From positions 1-25,742 of the forward strand of contig CAWEDJ010000089.1 of NCBI GenBank assembly GCA_963807635.1: 25,742 nt of DNA, written 5' to 3'. The notes below the pieces were generated by a model that saw only the letters and a list, made by a program, of their open reading frames with translations, searched no databases and had not been told where the DNA came from. Shown piece by piece: positions 9,323-19,355 of the stretch; within the stretch, counting starts at the first letter, position 1, and each line of letters starts with the position of its first letter. The DNA is from an uncultured cyanobacterium (GTDB taxonomy: Bacteria > Cyanobacteriota > Cyanobacteriia > Cyanobacteriales > Microcystaceae). A program made the translations under genes and the position numbers.

Positions 9323-9545
9323 ATATAACAGTATTTTCCTGGGAAAGGTATTTTTAATGTTTCTATCTAAAATCCTTGGTCGTATCTCCTATAACTACAT
9401 ATCGCTATCAATGAGGTCAGACTGATCCCATTGTATTACTTGAAATGTTCTCTCAATGTAGGGTTTTAGATATCAGAAGTTTCTTGGAAGTGAGTACCCA
9501 AATGGTTATTAAACAAGTTTCCCAGTCAAAAAATCTTGAGATAGC

Positions 9546-9598
9546 AAAAAAAGACAGTCAGATTGGTAAATGAACTCTGCTCACCAATGGGCTGTCTT
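9546..9598 (-). terminator. Intrinsic terminator after the crtA-hpsJ operon
   Basis: Minus strand AAGACAGCCCATTGGT...ACCAATCTGACTGTC hairpin followed by T7. Confidence 0.7.
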
Positions 9599-9671
9599 AA
9601 CATTTTTGTCGTAGAGAATTTTTAAGTTATGGATAAATTTTATCTCTGAAAGAGGCTAGTAAAAAATACCA

Positions 9672-10445
9672 TTATCTTCTTGCCCAGTCGGTCATCCGCC
9701 AAATTCCGATAAACCAGACTCCAGCAATCAATGCGCCAATATTCCACTTGACAGATCGTTTAATTAAATCAAAGGATTGCTTAGAAAGGGCTTCTTTGGC
9801 TTGATTGTTTAATCGCTCTTCTGCACCAGTCATAAAAGTCTTCAGATCTTTTTTGACGGTTTCAACGGGTTCTCCAGGTTTGGGCGTGATGGCAATTCCT
9901 CCTTTTTCTAAAAAGTTTAAAAGTTCCTTGAGTTGTTGTTCATTGCTGATGCTGGATAATTGGGTTTGAACTTGTTTAATTTGGGCTGTTTGTTTATCTA
10001 ATTGACTTGTCACTTGGGTTTTGTTAATTTCATTGATACGAATAGTGTTAACGATTCCCAAAGGAAGCATTAAACAATAGATAAGACCCACGATTAGGGC
10101 TAACCAGGACAAAATCCCTAACGCTTTCATTTCCCAACGCCTTCTTTCCGTCCTTGCTCCCGTAAAGATGAGAACAAATCCCATTAGGGGAACAACGACC
10201 TTTTCAACTAATGCCCCAATTATTTGAAATTCCCAGTTGGGATTCATTAATTGTAGGGGTGTAAGGGTGTCGGCCAGATTAAACAAGGTGAACAGCAATA
10301 AGGCATAACCCAAGAAGCGTAAAATACTAATCGCTTGTCGAAAACTAAAGTCTAATTCTTGGATACTTTCGATATCATCACTAGTTTCTAAATTTTCTAA
10401 ATCTTCTAATGGGTTTTGTAAACTATTATCGTCTATAGGAAACAT
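9672..10445 (-). CDS. hpsJ: HpsJ-like membrane protein, cyanoexosortase A-associated
   Basis: GYALLLFTLFN..PLQLMNPNWEFQIIGALVEKVVVPLMG, three N-terminal TMs, Gln-rich coiled coil, SVKWNIGALIAG C-terminal TM; in operon with crtA. Confidence 0.85.
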   Translation of the reverse strand: MFPIDDNSLQNPLEDLENLETSDDIESIQELDFSFRQAISILRFLGYALLLFTLFNLADTLTPLQLMNPNWEFQIIGALVEKVVVPLMGFVLIFTGARTERRRWEMKALGILSWLALIVGLIYCLMLPLGIVNTIRINEINKTQVTSQLDKQTAQIKQVQTQLSSISNEQQLKELLNFLEKGGIAITPKPGEPVETVKKDLKTFMTGAEERLNNQAKEALSKQSFDLIKRSVKWNIGALIAGVWFIGIWRMTDWARR

Positions 10446-10491
10446 AAGTTATTTTAATAATGTTTGAAGAAATTGAATTTCAACAGTTGTG

Positions 10492-11249
10492 CTAGGGAAG
10501 AAATTGCTCAAAGCGCGATCGCCAATATCCATTCCAAGAGACCCAGGCTTTTTCCAAGGTTAAATAATCCGACGATGGGGAATTCTGCTCGGTTCCACTC
10601 AGGGACATATCAATCCATAAACAACGATTATCCAAAAGCGGTACTTTGCCAATCACCCAAGGTAGAAAACGCTCTGGTCGAATATCCGATTGATAGCGGA
10701 CTTTCAGGAACTGTTCTCGCTTAAAGATATTACCACCCCTGGGGGTTAAACAGGTTGTTAGGTGGGGCTGTTGATTTTGGGTGAAAACACCATAATAACC
10801 CAATTCTTTTTTTTCACGAATCACCAGAGAAGGCGGAATCGTTTTGTTGTTGTAGTGGCCTAAATCGGCTGAACATCCCCGACTGTGGGTGAAAAATATC
10901 GCATATTTATGGTTAATCGTTGGTTTCCCTGTCGATATTGGTAGGACTTCCCGTTGACAAAACCTAATAATTTATCGGCATCGGGCTGGGATAGGGATGC
11001 TTCTTTTTCGGGACGGACTTCTAACTGCCATTCGGGAAGGGGTATCTCGTCGGGAAAAACAACAGGAGGATTTTGATTTAAGGCAGGAAAAAACACTACT
11101 TTAGTTAAGGCGATCGCGGCACTACCTAAAAGAGTTACCAAAACAACTCGTCTAAATAGATTCCAGGGTTGATTAAGGTCAGAAGTTGAAAGAAAAGGTT
11201 GATCGGCATTATCCTTAGATTCTGTTGTTAGATTGCTAGATAATTTCAT
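10492..11249 (-). CDS. Cyanoexosortase A system-associated protein (frameshift at 10862-10864; repaired 252 aa)
   Basis: N-terminal TM, FPDEIPLPEWQ, YQY..MRY..GDV, GYYGVF, TCLTPRGG, DNRCLW; ATG overlaps the crtA TGA (ATGA). Confidence 0.87.
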
Positions 11250-12098
11250 GACTTGGCATTTTCTCGTTGCAATAGAAAAAGATAATAAAAACCAAAAATG
11301 ATGACAACCGTAAAAGTAAACGTCAAAGACCCCGTTCCTTCGTGCCAATAGGCAAAGGCATCTGGATTATTTGGGCTAAGAACAGTCAAGAGTCCTACTC
11401 GTATCAGATTCATCAGAAAGGCTAAGGCCAAAGCAACAATGGGGACAAAAAAAATGTTTTTTCGGCTTGAGAGAGGAAATACCAACAGAAAAAATAATAG
11501 AAACTCTAATCAAGTAAATAAGATTACCCACTCCCGCACAGGCATCATTGACAATAATGCCTCCAGAGGGAAGCAAGATTTGATTAGCTTGGGTAGAAAC
11601 TTGGAAACCCATATACCACAAAACAAAGCTAACAATTTTTGTGATTAACAAGGATAAAAAATGAGAAACATTAAAGATGCCTAACCCCAACTCTTTAGGG
11701 ACGGCTAATAGCCCTAAAATAATTAATTCTCGCCAATATTGACGAATCCCCTTAAAACCAGAAGCAATTAACGCTAATCCGAATCCTCCCACCAGGGGAA
11801 TAAAACTTAGGCCTGGATTGACGGTTGCATTGGCAGTCCTTAGTAAGATGATCCCAATTAAAAATGCTCCTAATAGGGTCGCCCCAACGCCACTCTCTAA
11901 CTGGAGGGATTGACGTTTGCGATTAATGAGGGAACCCACTGCAAACCAGACGAGGATACTTAAACCCAGAAAGTCTTGGGCATCATCAGTTCGGTCGGTT
12001 AGGGTAAAGTGGATGGCAACGAGGCAACCTGCCAAGCCTAATAGCCAAAATCGAGGAGTTTTAAGGTCACTAACGGTGGGAAGGGGAAATGTTGTCAT
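11246..12098 (-). CDS. crtA: Cyanoexosortase A (frameshift in A6 run 11489-11494; repaired 283 aa)
   Basis: Multi-TM protein with exosortase catalytic Cys (VNDACAG), Arg (NLIRV) and His (YWHEGTGS); ASGFKGIRQYWREL; adjacent PEP-CTERM genes. Confidence 0.92.
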
Positions 12099-12221
12099 AA
12101 ATCTCTGATTGCTTTCCCGAAAGCGGTTGTAGTTTATTGTGAAACTGACTCGCAATTTATTCAGTTTATTGTAAAGGAGTCGTTGCATCAAAACAACTTC
12201 ACTATTTTGGGGTAAGCATAG

Positions 12222-12259
12222 AAAAAGAGGATAGATTAGCTGGTTCTTCTATCCCCTTT
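12222..12259 (-). terminator. Intrinsic terminator after purA-rplY
   Basis: Minus strand AAAGGGGATAGA-12 nt loop-TCTATCCTC then TTTTT. Confidence 0.75.
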
Positions 12260-12321
12260 GATTGTATTGATTGATATGTTTTTTGAGTTTGATGGCGATC
12301 GCCTCGCGGCTTTATTCAGCT

Positions 12322-12645
12322 TTACTCAGCTTCCGTTTCAAAGGATTCTGGGTTAGCAATGTAGAAAAAACTGAGATGATAGAGTGTTTTTTTCCAAGGA
12401 TGGGCTTGAATTTCGCGAATGACCGCTTTTCCTTCCCAGGAGAGTTCGGGAACTTTAACATCGATCAAGGTTTTATTGGCCTTTGCTTTTTTAAGCAAGT
12501 TCGTTGCTTCTTTGGTATTGACCATTAAGGAAATAGATTCAGCTCCTTTGTGACCATAGAGATTCGCAGGAACTAAGCCTTCACGACGCAAAGCGTTAGG
12601 TTTACTATTTTCAGCACGTTTTTGACATTCAATGGTAAGAGACAT
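12322..12645 (-). CDS. rplY: 50S ribosomal protein L25 (short single-domain form)
   Basis: KPNALRREGLVPANLYGH, REIQAHPWK..YHLSF; follows purA. Confidence 0.94.
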   Translation of the reverse strand: MSLTIECQKRAENSKPNALRREGLVPANLYGHKGAESISLMVNTKEATNLLKKAKANKTLIDVKVPELSWEGKAVIREIQAHPWKKTLYHLSFFYIANPESFETEAE

Positions 12646-12707
12646 AGCAATTCGATGGGAATAAAGGTTAATAGTGGTGGGAAAAAGGGAAAATCAAACT
12701 AGGTGAG

Positions 12708-14058
<1,351 letters not shown>

Positions 14059-14140
14059 TTACTAAAGTTCACACAAACTATCATCATTACACTGCCCAAG
14101 CCCTATGTCAATATTTTCTGAAAATCGAAAATAAAATTAA

Positions 14141-14196
14141 TGTCAATAGGTCAATAGGTCAATTAGGTCAAATTTTCCTGATTTTAACCTGATTTT
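14141..14196. repeat. Short tandem repeats in the purA divergent intergenic region
   Basis: tGTCAATAG-GTCAATAG-GTCAATTAG-GTCAAA, then CCTGATTTT twice. Confidence 0.6.
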
Positions 14197-14252
14197 TCTG
14201 TTTTAATAGACAATGGGTCTCCAAAAAAATTAGATGTAGGTTTTAAACTTCC

Positions 14253-14555
14253 ATGCCAAAACGCTTAGTGACAATCATCAAGATCATTTCCACAACTCTT
14301 ATTATCGGTGTATTGGGACTGGAGCTAGGGAATCTCTACGCTTTACGAAGTCAGATGACTCCCCTCGATTTACCTTTTCCTTTGCTCTGGATTGGACGCT
14401 TTGCTTTGGTTGCTCATTTTCTAGAAGGGATCATTGCTTTTATTTATGCTCCTTCTCGTAATCAGCCAGCGATCGCATCGGGGGTCTATACTTTTTTTGT
14501 CGGGACGGTGGGTTTAGTTGAATTGTTTGAATTGCAGGAAAGAAAACAGGAATGA
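14253..14555 (+). CDS. Small hypothetical membrane protein (about 3 TM)
   Basis: 100-aa hydrophobic ORF (AHFLEGIIAFIYAP, YTFFVGTVGLVEL). Confidence 0.75.
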   Translation: MPKRLVTIIKIISTTLIIGVLGLELGNLYALRSQMTPLDLPFPLLWIGRFALVAHFLEGIIAFIYAPSRNQPAIASGVYTFFVGTVGLVELFELQERKQE

Positions 14556-14729
14556 TGATGGATTCCAACCAACTTAATCAGTAAATGGAGGAGAGGAAGT
14601 CCAGGGAGCAACCAAGATTTTACCTCAAAATCCAGTCAGCCAGTCCCATTGGCAAAAGAAGTAGAAAAAAGAAACGAAAAGAGATAGAGTAAATACAGTA
14701 AATATTGTTATGTGCAGAGGTGCGCTCTT

Positions 14730-14996
14730 ATGTTGTCTATCGATATCAGGAATAAAAAGGCTCTTGCGATCATCGATAAGCTGCTCATTTATCCTCCCTT
14801 TAAGTCTGAAAATGATCGTCGAGGGATTGTGGCATCGGTGGTCACGAAGGTCATTTTGGCTTTACAAAATGAAGAGGAAGTCAAGGCGATTAGCGAATTT
14901 GTGATGACTGAGTCAAGCGATGACAAGGATGTCAAAATTCGCGAACTAGAAAACGAACTCAAGCGTCTACGAGCAGAGTTAAAGAAAAACGGTTAG
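14730..14996 (+). CDS. Hypothetical protein with C-terminal coiled coil (ORF extends to GTG 14712)
   Basis: Open frame with heptad tail DKDVKIRELENELKRLRAELKK. Confidence 0.65.
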   Translation: MLSIDIRNKKALAIIDKLLIYPPFKSENDRRGIVASVVTKVILALQNEEEVKAISEFVMTESSDDKDVKIRELENELKRLRAELKKNG

Positions 14997-15113
14997 CCAT
15001 TAGTTTAACTGAGGACTATGGGAGGGCTTACTCTCGACAAGAATAAGCTCTCTATCCTGCAAAAATAAGCATTTCGGCCATTCCAGAACCCTTTCAGAGA
15101 GTCTTCTATAGGC

Positions 15114-15137
15114 AAAAAAATCCCAATAACAGGGATT
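15114..15137 (-). terminator. Intrinsic terminator for the 15163-15849 gene
   Basis: Minus strand AATCCC-TGTTATT-GGGATT running into a T7 tract. Confidence 0.65.
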
Positions 15138-15162
15138 GTCTGATTCAGGAGAAACTCTTGCC

Positions 15163-15849
15163 TTAGAACTTGATTTGAATTTCACCGAGTCCAGGAGCCA
15201 TAGGAACATTATCACCATCGCCCAAGGAGGGTGACGGGACATCTTCAATCAAAATTTGTTGCTTGTCTTTTTCCGTTAACGTTATAGGACTGAGGGTTCC
15301 TGCGGTGTTATTGAGCTGATAGGCTTGAATGATGGTATCCGTCGGACAGCACATCGGATCGGTCGGCTTTGCCTTGAGCATTTTGACCCGTATCGCCCCA
15401 TTTTTAATCGTTAGGCTCTTAATTTGTACCCGATCGCCTAAGAAATAAGTATCAGGATTACTCGGCAGATTATCCGTTGGGGATTGGGTCACTGCGGCCA
15501 AATACATAAACGTCCCAGAACCACCTGTTTCTAACGCTAAGATAACCGCCGCATCATCGGTGCCATCTTGATTGAGATCTCCAATGGCGATCGTTTTTCC
15601 CAAGGTTACCGAGAACTGATCGCCTTGGTATTGCCCATTCGTTAGGGTTACGGAACCGCGATCGGGAATTTGATAGGTCGCATTGGCTAAAATTTTCGGG
15701 GTTAAAGTTTGTCCTTTGGTTGTCGAGGTCTGGGCGATAAGACTAGAAGACAAAGGGTTCGCCTGTACCAAAAAAGCAGTATTTAATCCGATCAGCGAGC
15801 CGCACAAAATCCCAATAGCAAGACGATTAGCATACTTTTGTAAAGTCAT
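15163..15849 (-). CDS. Secreted hypothetical protein with DxNxDG and CCP motifs
   Basis: Signal peptide (MTLQKYANRLAIG...VQA); GDLNQDGTDDAAVIL, GGSGTFMYL, LGDRVQI, DPMCCPT. Confidence 0.8.
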   Translation of the reverse strand: MTLQKYANRLAIGILCGSLIGLNTAFLVQANPLSSSLIAQTSTTKGQTLTPKILANATYQIPDRGSVTLTNGQYQGDQFSVTLGKTIAIGDLNQDGTDDAAVILALETGGSGTFMYLAAVTQSPTDNLPSNPDTYFLGDRVQIKSLTIKNGAIRVKMLKAKPTDPMCCPTDTIIQAYQLNNTAGTLSPITLTEKDKQQILIEDVPSPSLGDGDNVPMAPGLGEIQIKF

Positions 15850-15875
15850 ATTTTTGATTAATTGTTTTATGTGAA

Positions 15876-16427
15876 CTATTCCCAATAAACATTCGTTTCG
15901 GTTCGAGTACAAACCATATTATATTTATTTGCCAAGCTATCCATCCAGCCCGACATCGTTGTTTTTCCGCCCTTTCCCTGGAGCCAATAAACACTGATTA
16001 GTCCCATCGAGTCATTGGGTTCACAGGAAAAACTACGCTTTTTATTAGCAATCGTGGGAATACTTTGAGCGCATTTCCAATCTTTATTGGCTTCGGTTAG
16101 CTGATTCCAAAAACTAATTTCTTTGGTTTCAACTGCAATTTGGCGATCGCCATTATTACAAACCCAAGTCGTTAACTGAGTTGGAGTATTAGTAATATCA
16201 TCTAGTTGAGGACTTTTTAAACTATCTTGAGCATTAGGGATTTGATCTCCAGGCAAAGGAAGAGTAGGAATTTTAGGAATTTGATTTTGAGGAGAGGGAA
16301 TGAAGGGGGTTTTCGGTAAGGAAGGGACTGTTTGCGCGCTGAGATCGGTAGGAAGACAAACTAATTGCAGTATTCCGAGAATAGAGATTGCGCCAAGATA
16401 GGAAGATTTTGGTAAGAAATTGATCAT
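15876..16427 (-). CDS. Secreted hypothetical protein, Pro-rich linker plus 4-Cys domain
   Basis: Signal peptide ending LSA-Q, Pro-rich stretch, WVC/WKC/FSC/MVC. Confidence 0.75.
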   Translation of the reverse strand: MINFLPKSSYLGAISILGILQLVCLPTDLSAQTVPSLPKTPFIPSPQNQIPKIPTLPLPGDQIPNAQDSLKSPQLDDITNTPTQLTTWVCNNGDRQIAVETKEISFWNQLTEANKDWKCAQSIPTIANKKRSFSCEPNDSMGLISVYWLQGKGGKTTMSGWMDSLANKYNMVCTRTETNVYWE

Positions 16428-16541
16428 TGTGTAAGACGATTGAAAAACGAGGGAAGGTTTATAGAGACTCTTTATATTTTTGATAGTGGGAGGTTAATAC
16501 TACCGAGAGTAGAGTTATTAATGATTGTAACCCTTCAGGCT

Positions 16542-17918
16542 TTAATTTTGCTTAATTTTTGCTGAATCCTCGTCACTAGGAGAAGACGGATTACTATTGA
16601 CATGACTGCGTATATGAATATCCTGTTGAGGAAAAGGAATTTCGATGCCATTTTCAGCAAATCGTTGCCACAGTTCACGGCTCAGATCACTTTTGACCGT
16701 TTTACCAATGGTGGGATCATCTAAATAAAAAGTCAATTCATAGTTAATACTAGAGTCTGCGAATTGAATTAAAAAAGCTGACGGTTTGGGATCTTTGAGA
16801 ATATGAATATGTTCGTCAGCCAGAGCTAACAAAAGCTCAATAACTTTTTGGGGATTAGCATCATAGCCTGCCCCGATGGTCAGGGAATTTCGGATAATGC
16901 GATCGCTCCCAGTAAAGGTTGTAAAAGTATCCGTGAAAAAAGATTGATTAGGAATAATTTTTTCGGAATTATCTTTCATGATTCTTACCGTTGTTGCTCG
17001 AATGCCAAGTTTTTTGATTTCCGCCGTATCTCCTTCAATACTAATTAAATCGCCTGGTCGTAAAACGCCTTCAAACAATAAACAAATGCCACTCACAAAA
17101 TTACTAAAAACTTCCTTTAAACCAAAGCCTAAACCAACAGATAGTCCCCCTGTAATAGCGGCAAAAGCGGTTGGATTAAAGCCAACGTAACCAAAAATCA
17201 ATACAATTCCTAAAGTTATCAAAAAATAGCGAATTAAAAGTAAGGTTGCCTGGGCCAATCCTGTCTCTAAGCGGTTATCTATAGTCATTAATTTCAATAA
17301 AAGATATTGAAAAATTCCTACCGCAACACACCAAAGATATAGCCCAATAGAACTCAAGATAATAGCCCCTAGCGTCACAGAACTCCCAAATAAATTTAAT
17401 ACGCTAACCGATAATAAACTCTGTAAATTGTCAGCTAAATTAATCGTTTTAGCCCATACAAAAAGGCCAAAGATTGGCAGCCCAAAAGAAAATTGATATC
17501 TCCGAACGATTACAGGAGGAAATAAGAGGAATAAGCTGGCAAAAAAAACACGGTATCCAAAATGCAAAATAGCAATTTCTAGACCAAAAATTAGTAACCC
17601 ATCGATAAAATTATGGGATTGCCAAATTTTTAAAAGTAAATATATTCCTGAAATATTATAAATAGGTAAGGTCAAATAACTAATTAAAACAAAACCATAT
17701 CGTTGATCTCGAATTGGAGTATCTGTTCCCCACAGTATTAGTAAGTAGGGAAATTTTTGCTTGAGCCGATACCAAAGAAAACGATAAAGTATGATAGAAA
17801 GAAGCAGGACTCCTGCGATTGCGAATAGCTGAACCTGAACTTGGGGCCGTTCTAAAAAAATAAACAGCTTATTAACTCTTGACAAGAGATAATAAAAATT
17901 TCGGTGATTATTTGGCAT
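16542..17918 (-). CDS. MscS-family mechanosensitive channel with extra N-terminal TM helices
   Basis: GGLSVGLGFGLKEVFSNFVSGICLLFEGVLRPGD, IGAGYD, FADSSINYEL, GIEIPFPQQDIHIRS. Confidence 0.93.
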   Translation of the reverse strand: MPNNHRNFYYLLSRVNKLFIFLERPQVQVQLFAIAGVLLLSIILYRFLWYRLKQKFPYLLILWGTDTPIRDQRYGFVLISYLTLPIYNISGIYLLLKIWQSHNFIDGLLIFGLEIAILHFGYRVFFASLFLLFPPVIVRRYQFSFGLPIFGLFVWAKTINLADNLQSLLSVSVLNLFGSSVTLGAIILSSIGLYLWCVAVGIFQYLLLKLMTIDNRLETGLAQATLLLIRYFLITLGIVLIFGYVGFNPTAFAAITGGLSVGLGFGLKEVFSNFVSGICLLFEGVLRPGDLISIEGDTAEIKKLGIRATTVRIMKDNSEKIIPNQSFFTDTFTTFTGSDRIIRNSLTIGAGYDANPQKVIELLLALADEHIHILKDPKPSAFLIQFADSSINYELTFYLDDPTIGKTVKSDLSRELWQRFAENGIEIPFPQQDIHIRSHVNSNPSSPSDEDSAKIKQN

Positions 17919-18057
17919 AATATTATAACGATAAATAAGCTGTGACTGATCCTAATTGCAATTGTCGTAAATCCTGATTTTTGGAGCAAATAACTTAAAA
18001 AATTTGCCTATATGAGTTTTAAACTACCAGGCATTTAGCATAATTTTATAGATAATT

Positions 18058-19355
18058 CTACAATTTTTCCTGTAAGGCTTGACGACTTAGTTTTAATAGT
18101 TGTTCACCCCCTTCCTTGGGAGAAATTGTCCCTTCCAAAACCTGCTGATAAAGAGTTTCTCCAATGGGAAAAATAATCTCTGCTTTAGGAATATCCCTAA
18201 GGAGGAATTGCCACCGCATTGCGAGCTTGTTCTTCTAGCGTTGCTTGAATCGGAAATAAACGCCGATTAATCGTATGGTTTTATTGGGAGGGATAAAAGA
18301 ACCAACATCTATTGCCCCTCTTTGTTGTTGCTGTTTATTCGTAATAAAACGAGTAAAATCTAGGGTAATTGCCGTTTGTCGAGGACTAAAATTATTAGGA
18401 ATGACTAAAACTTTACTGTAAAGTAGTGGCCCTGCTGGATATTCAGACCCACCAGGTAAAATTGTTACCCCTAAGTTATCTTTGACTAATGTTTTTTTGA
18501 GATTAAAAATAGAGGCGGCATCGCAAACAAAATAGTCTAAATTTCCCTGTGCAAAAGATTTTTCTAGGCGGCAATACTGCTACTCAAAATAATATTCGGC
18601 AGGTTTTTAGCGGATTGTAACCAAGTCATCCAACTGGCCCAGCTTACCTGGTTTTAGGGCTAAACGGCCCCATTGTCAAAAATTTTTCCACCAAAAATCT
18701 GAATTCCCCAAAAAGTGTCCTGAAAATTAGAGGACATTCCAAACGTGTAACCTGCCTTAGCTTGATTCAAAATATCATCTAAATTTTTGGGTAATCGATC
18801 TTTATTGATTGTATTTTTGTCGTAACAAAGAACTTGGGTAAATATCGCCCCAGGAATTCCATAAACTTTGCCTTCATAGGTTACCTGGGCTAACGCTGCT
18901 GGTAAAATATCGCCCAAATCAATGATTTTAGGATCGATCGCCATGAGAGGGTTAATCCGAATAAATTCAAACATCAAATTATAATCTACTAGCAAAATAT
19001 TCGGAGATAGGCCTGATTTAAATTGGTGTAAAAAACGTTTTAATAATTCCTCCTTGGGAACGATCTCAACAACAATATTCACATCAGGATTAATTTGTTG
19101 ATAATTCCTCACTGTTTGTTGAGCTTGATCTTGATTAATTGTGTCATCATGCCACAGTAAAATACTGCCACTGAGTTGGTTAGAAGCAGGATTTTGGTCA
19201 ATATTTTGATGTTGAAAGCTACTACGCTCTTTTTTGGCTTGATCTTCCACAGAATTGCTACAAGCCGCTAAAAAAAGGAGAGCAACTAAAAAAATTGCCA
19301 ATATTTTAGTGAAAATTGATGCTTTTTGGGTCATGATAATGTGGCTCTTATTCAT
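18058..19355 (-). CDS. Extracellular solute-binding lipoprotein, family 1 (sugar-type); 5 frameshifts, repaired ~432 aa (assembly error or pseudogene)
   Basis: Lipobox LAAC; GSILLWH, YEGKVYGIP..LCYDK; reads on across indels at ~18669, ~18645, ~18567, ~18275 and ~18201 as WASWMTWLQ, FAQGNLDYFVC, LGVTILP..PAGPLL, FTRFITN, FIPPN, VLEGTISPKE to TAG at 18060-18058. Confidence 0.82.

Larger units (their letters stand above)
7685..9325. repeat. Diverged tandem duplication, unit ~830 bp (~7685-8510 and ~8515-9325)
   Basis: Each unit = protease 3' end + PEP-CTERM gene + promoter; stops offset by 830 nt (7823/8653), promoters by 827 nt. Confidence 0.88.

Noticed and set aside
9382..9395. NtcA box upstream of the PEP-CTERM genes
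   Set aside because: GTA-N8-AAC rather than GTA-N8-TAC, and not conserved in the other duplicate
14141..14196. CRISPR array
   Set aside because: Units are 8-9 bp with no spacers, and there are no cas genes; no CRISPR, tRNA or rRNA seen anywhere in the window
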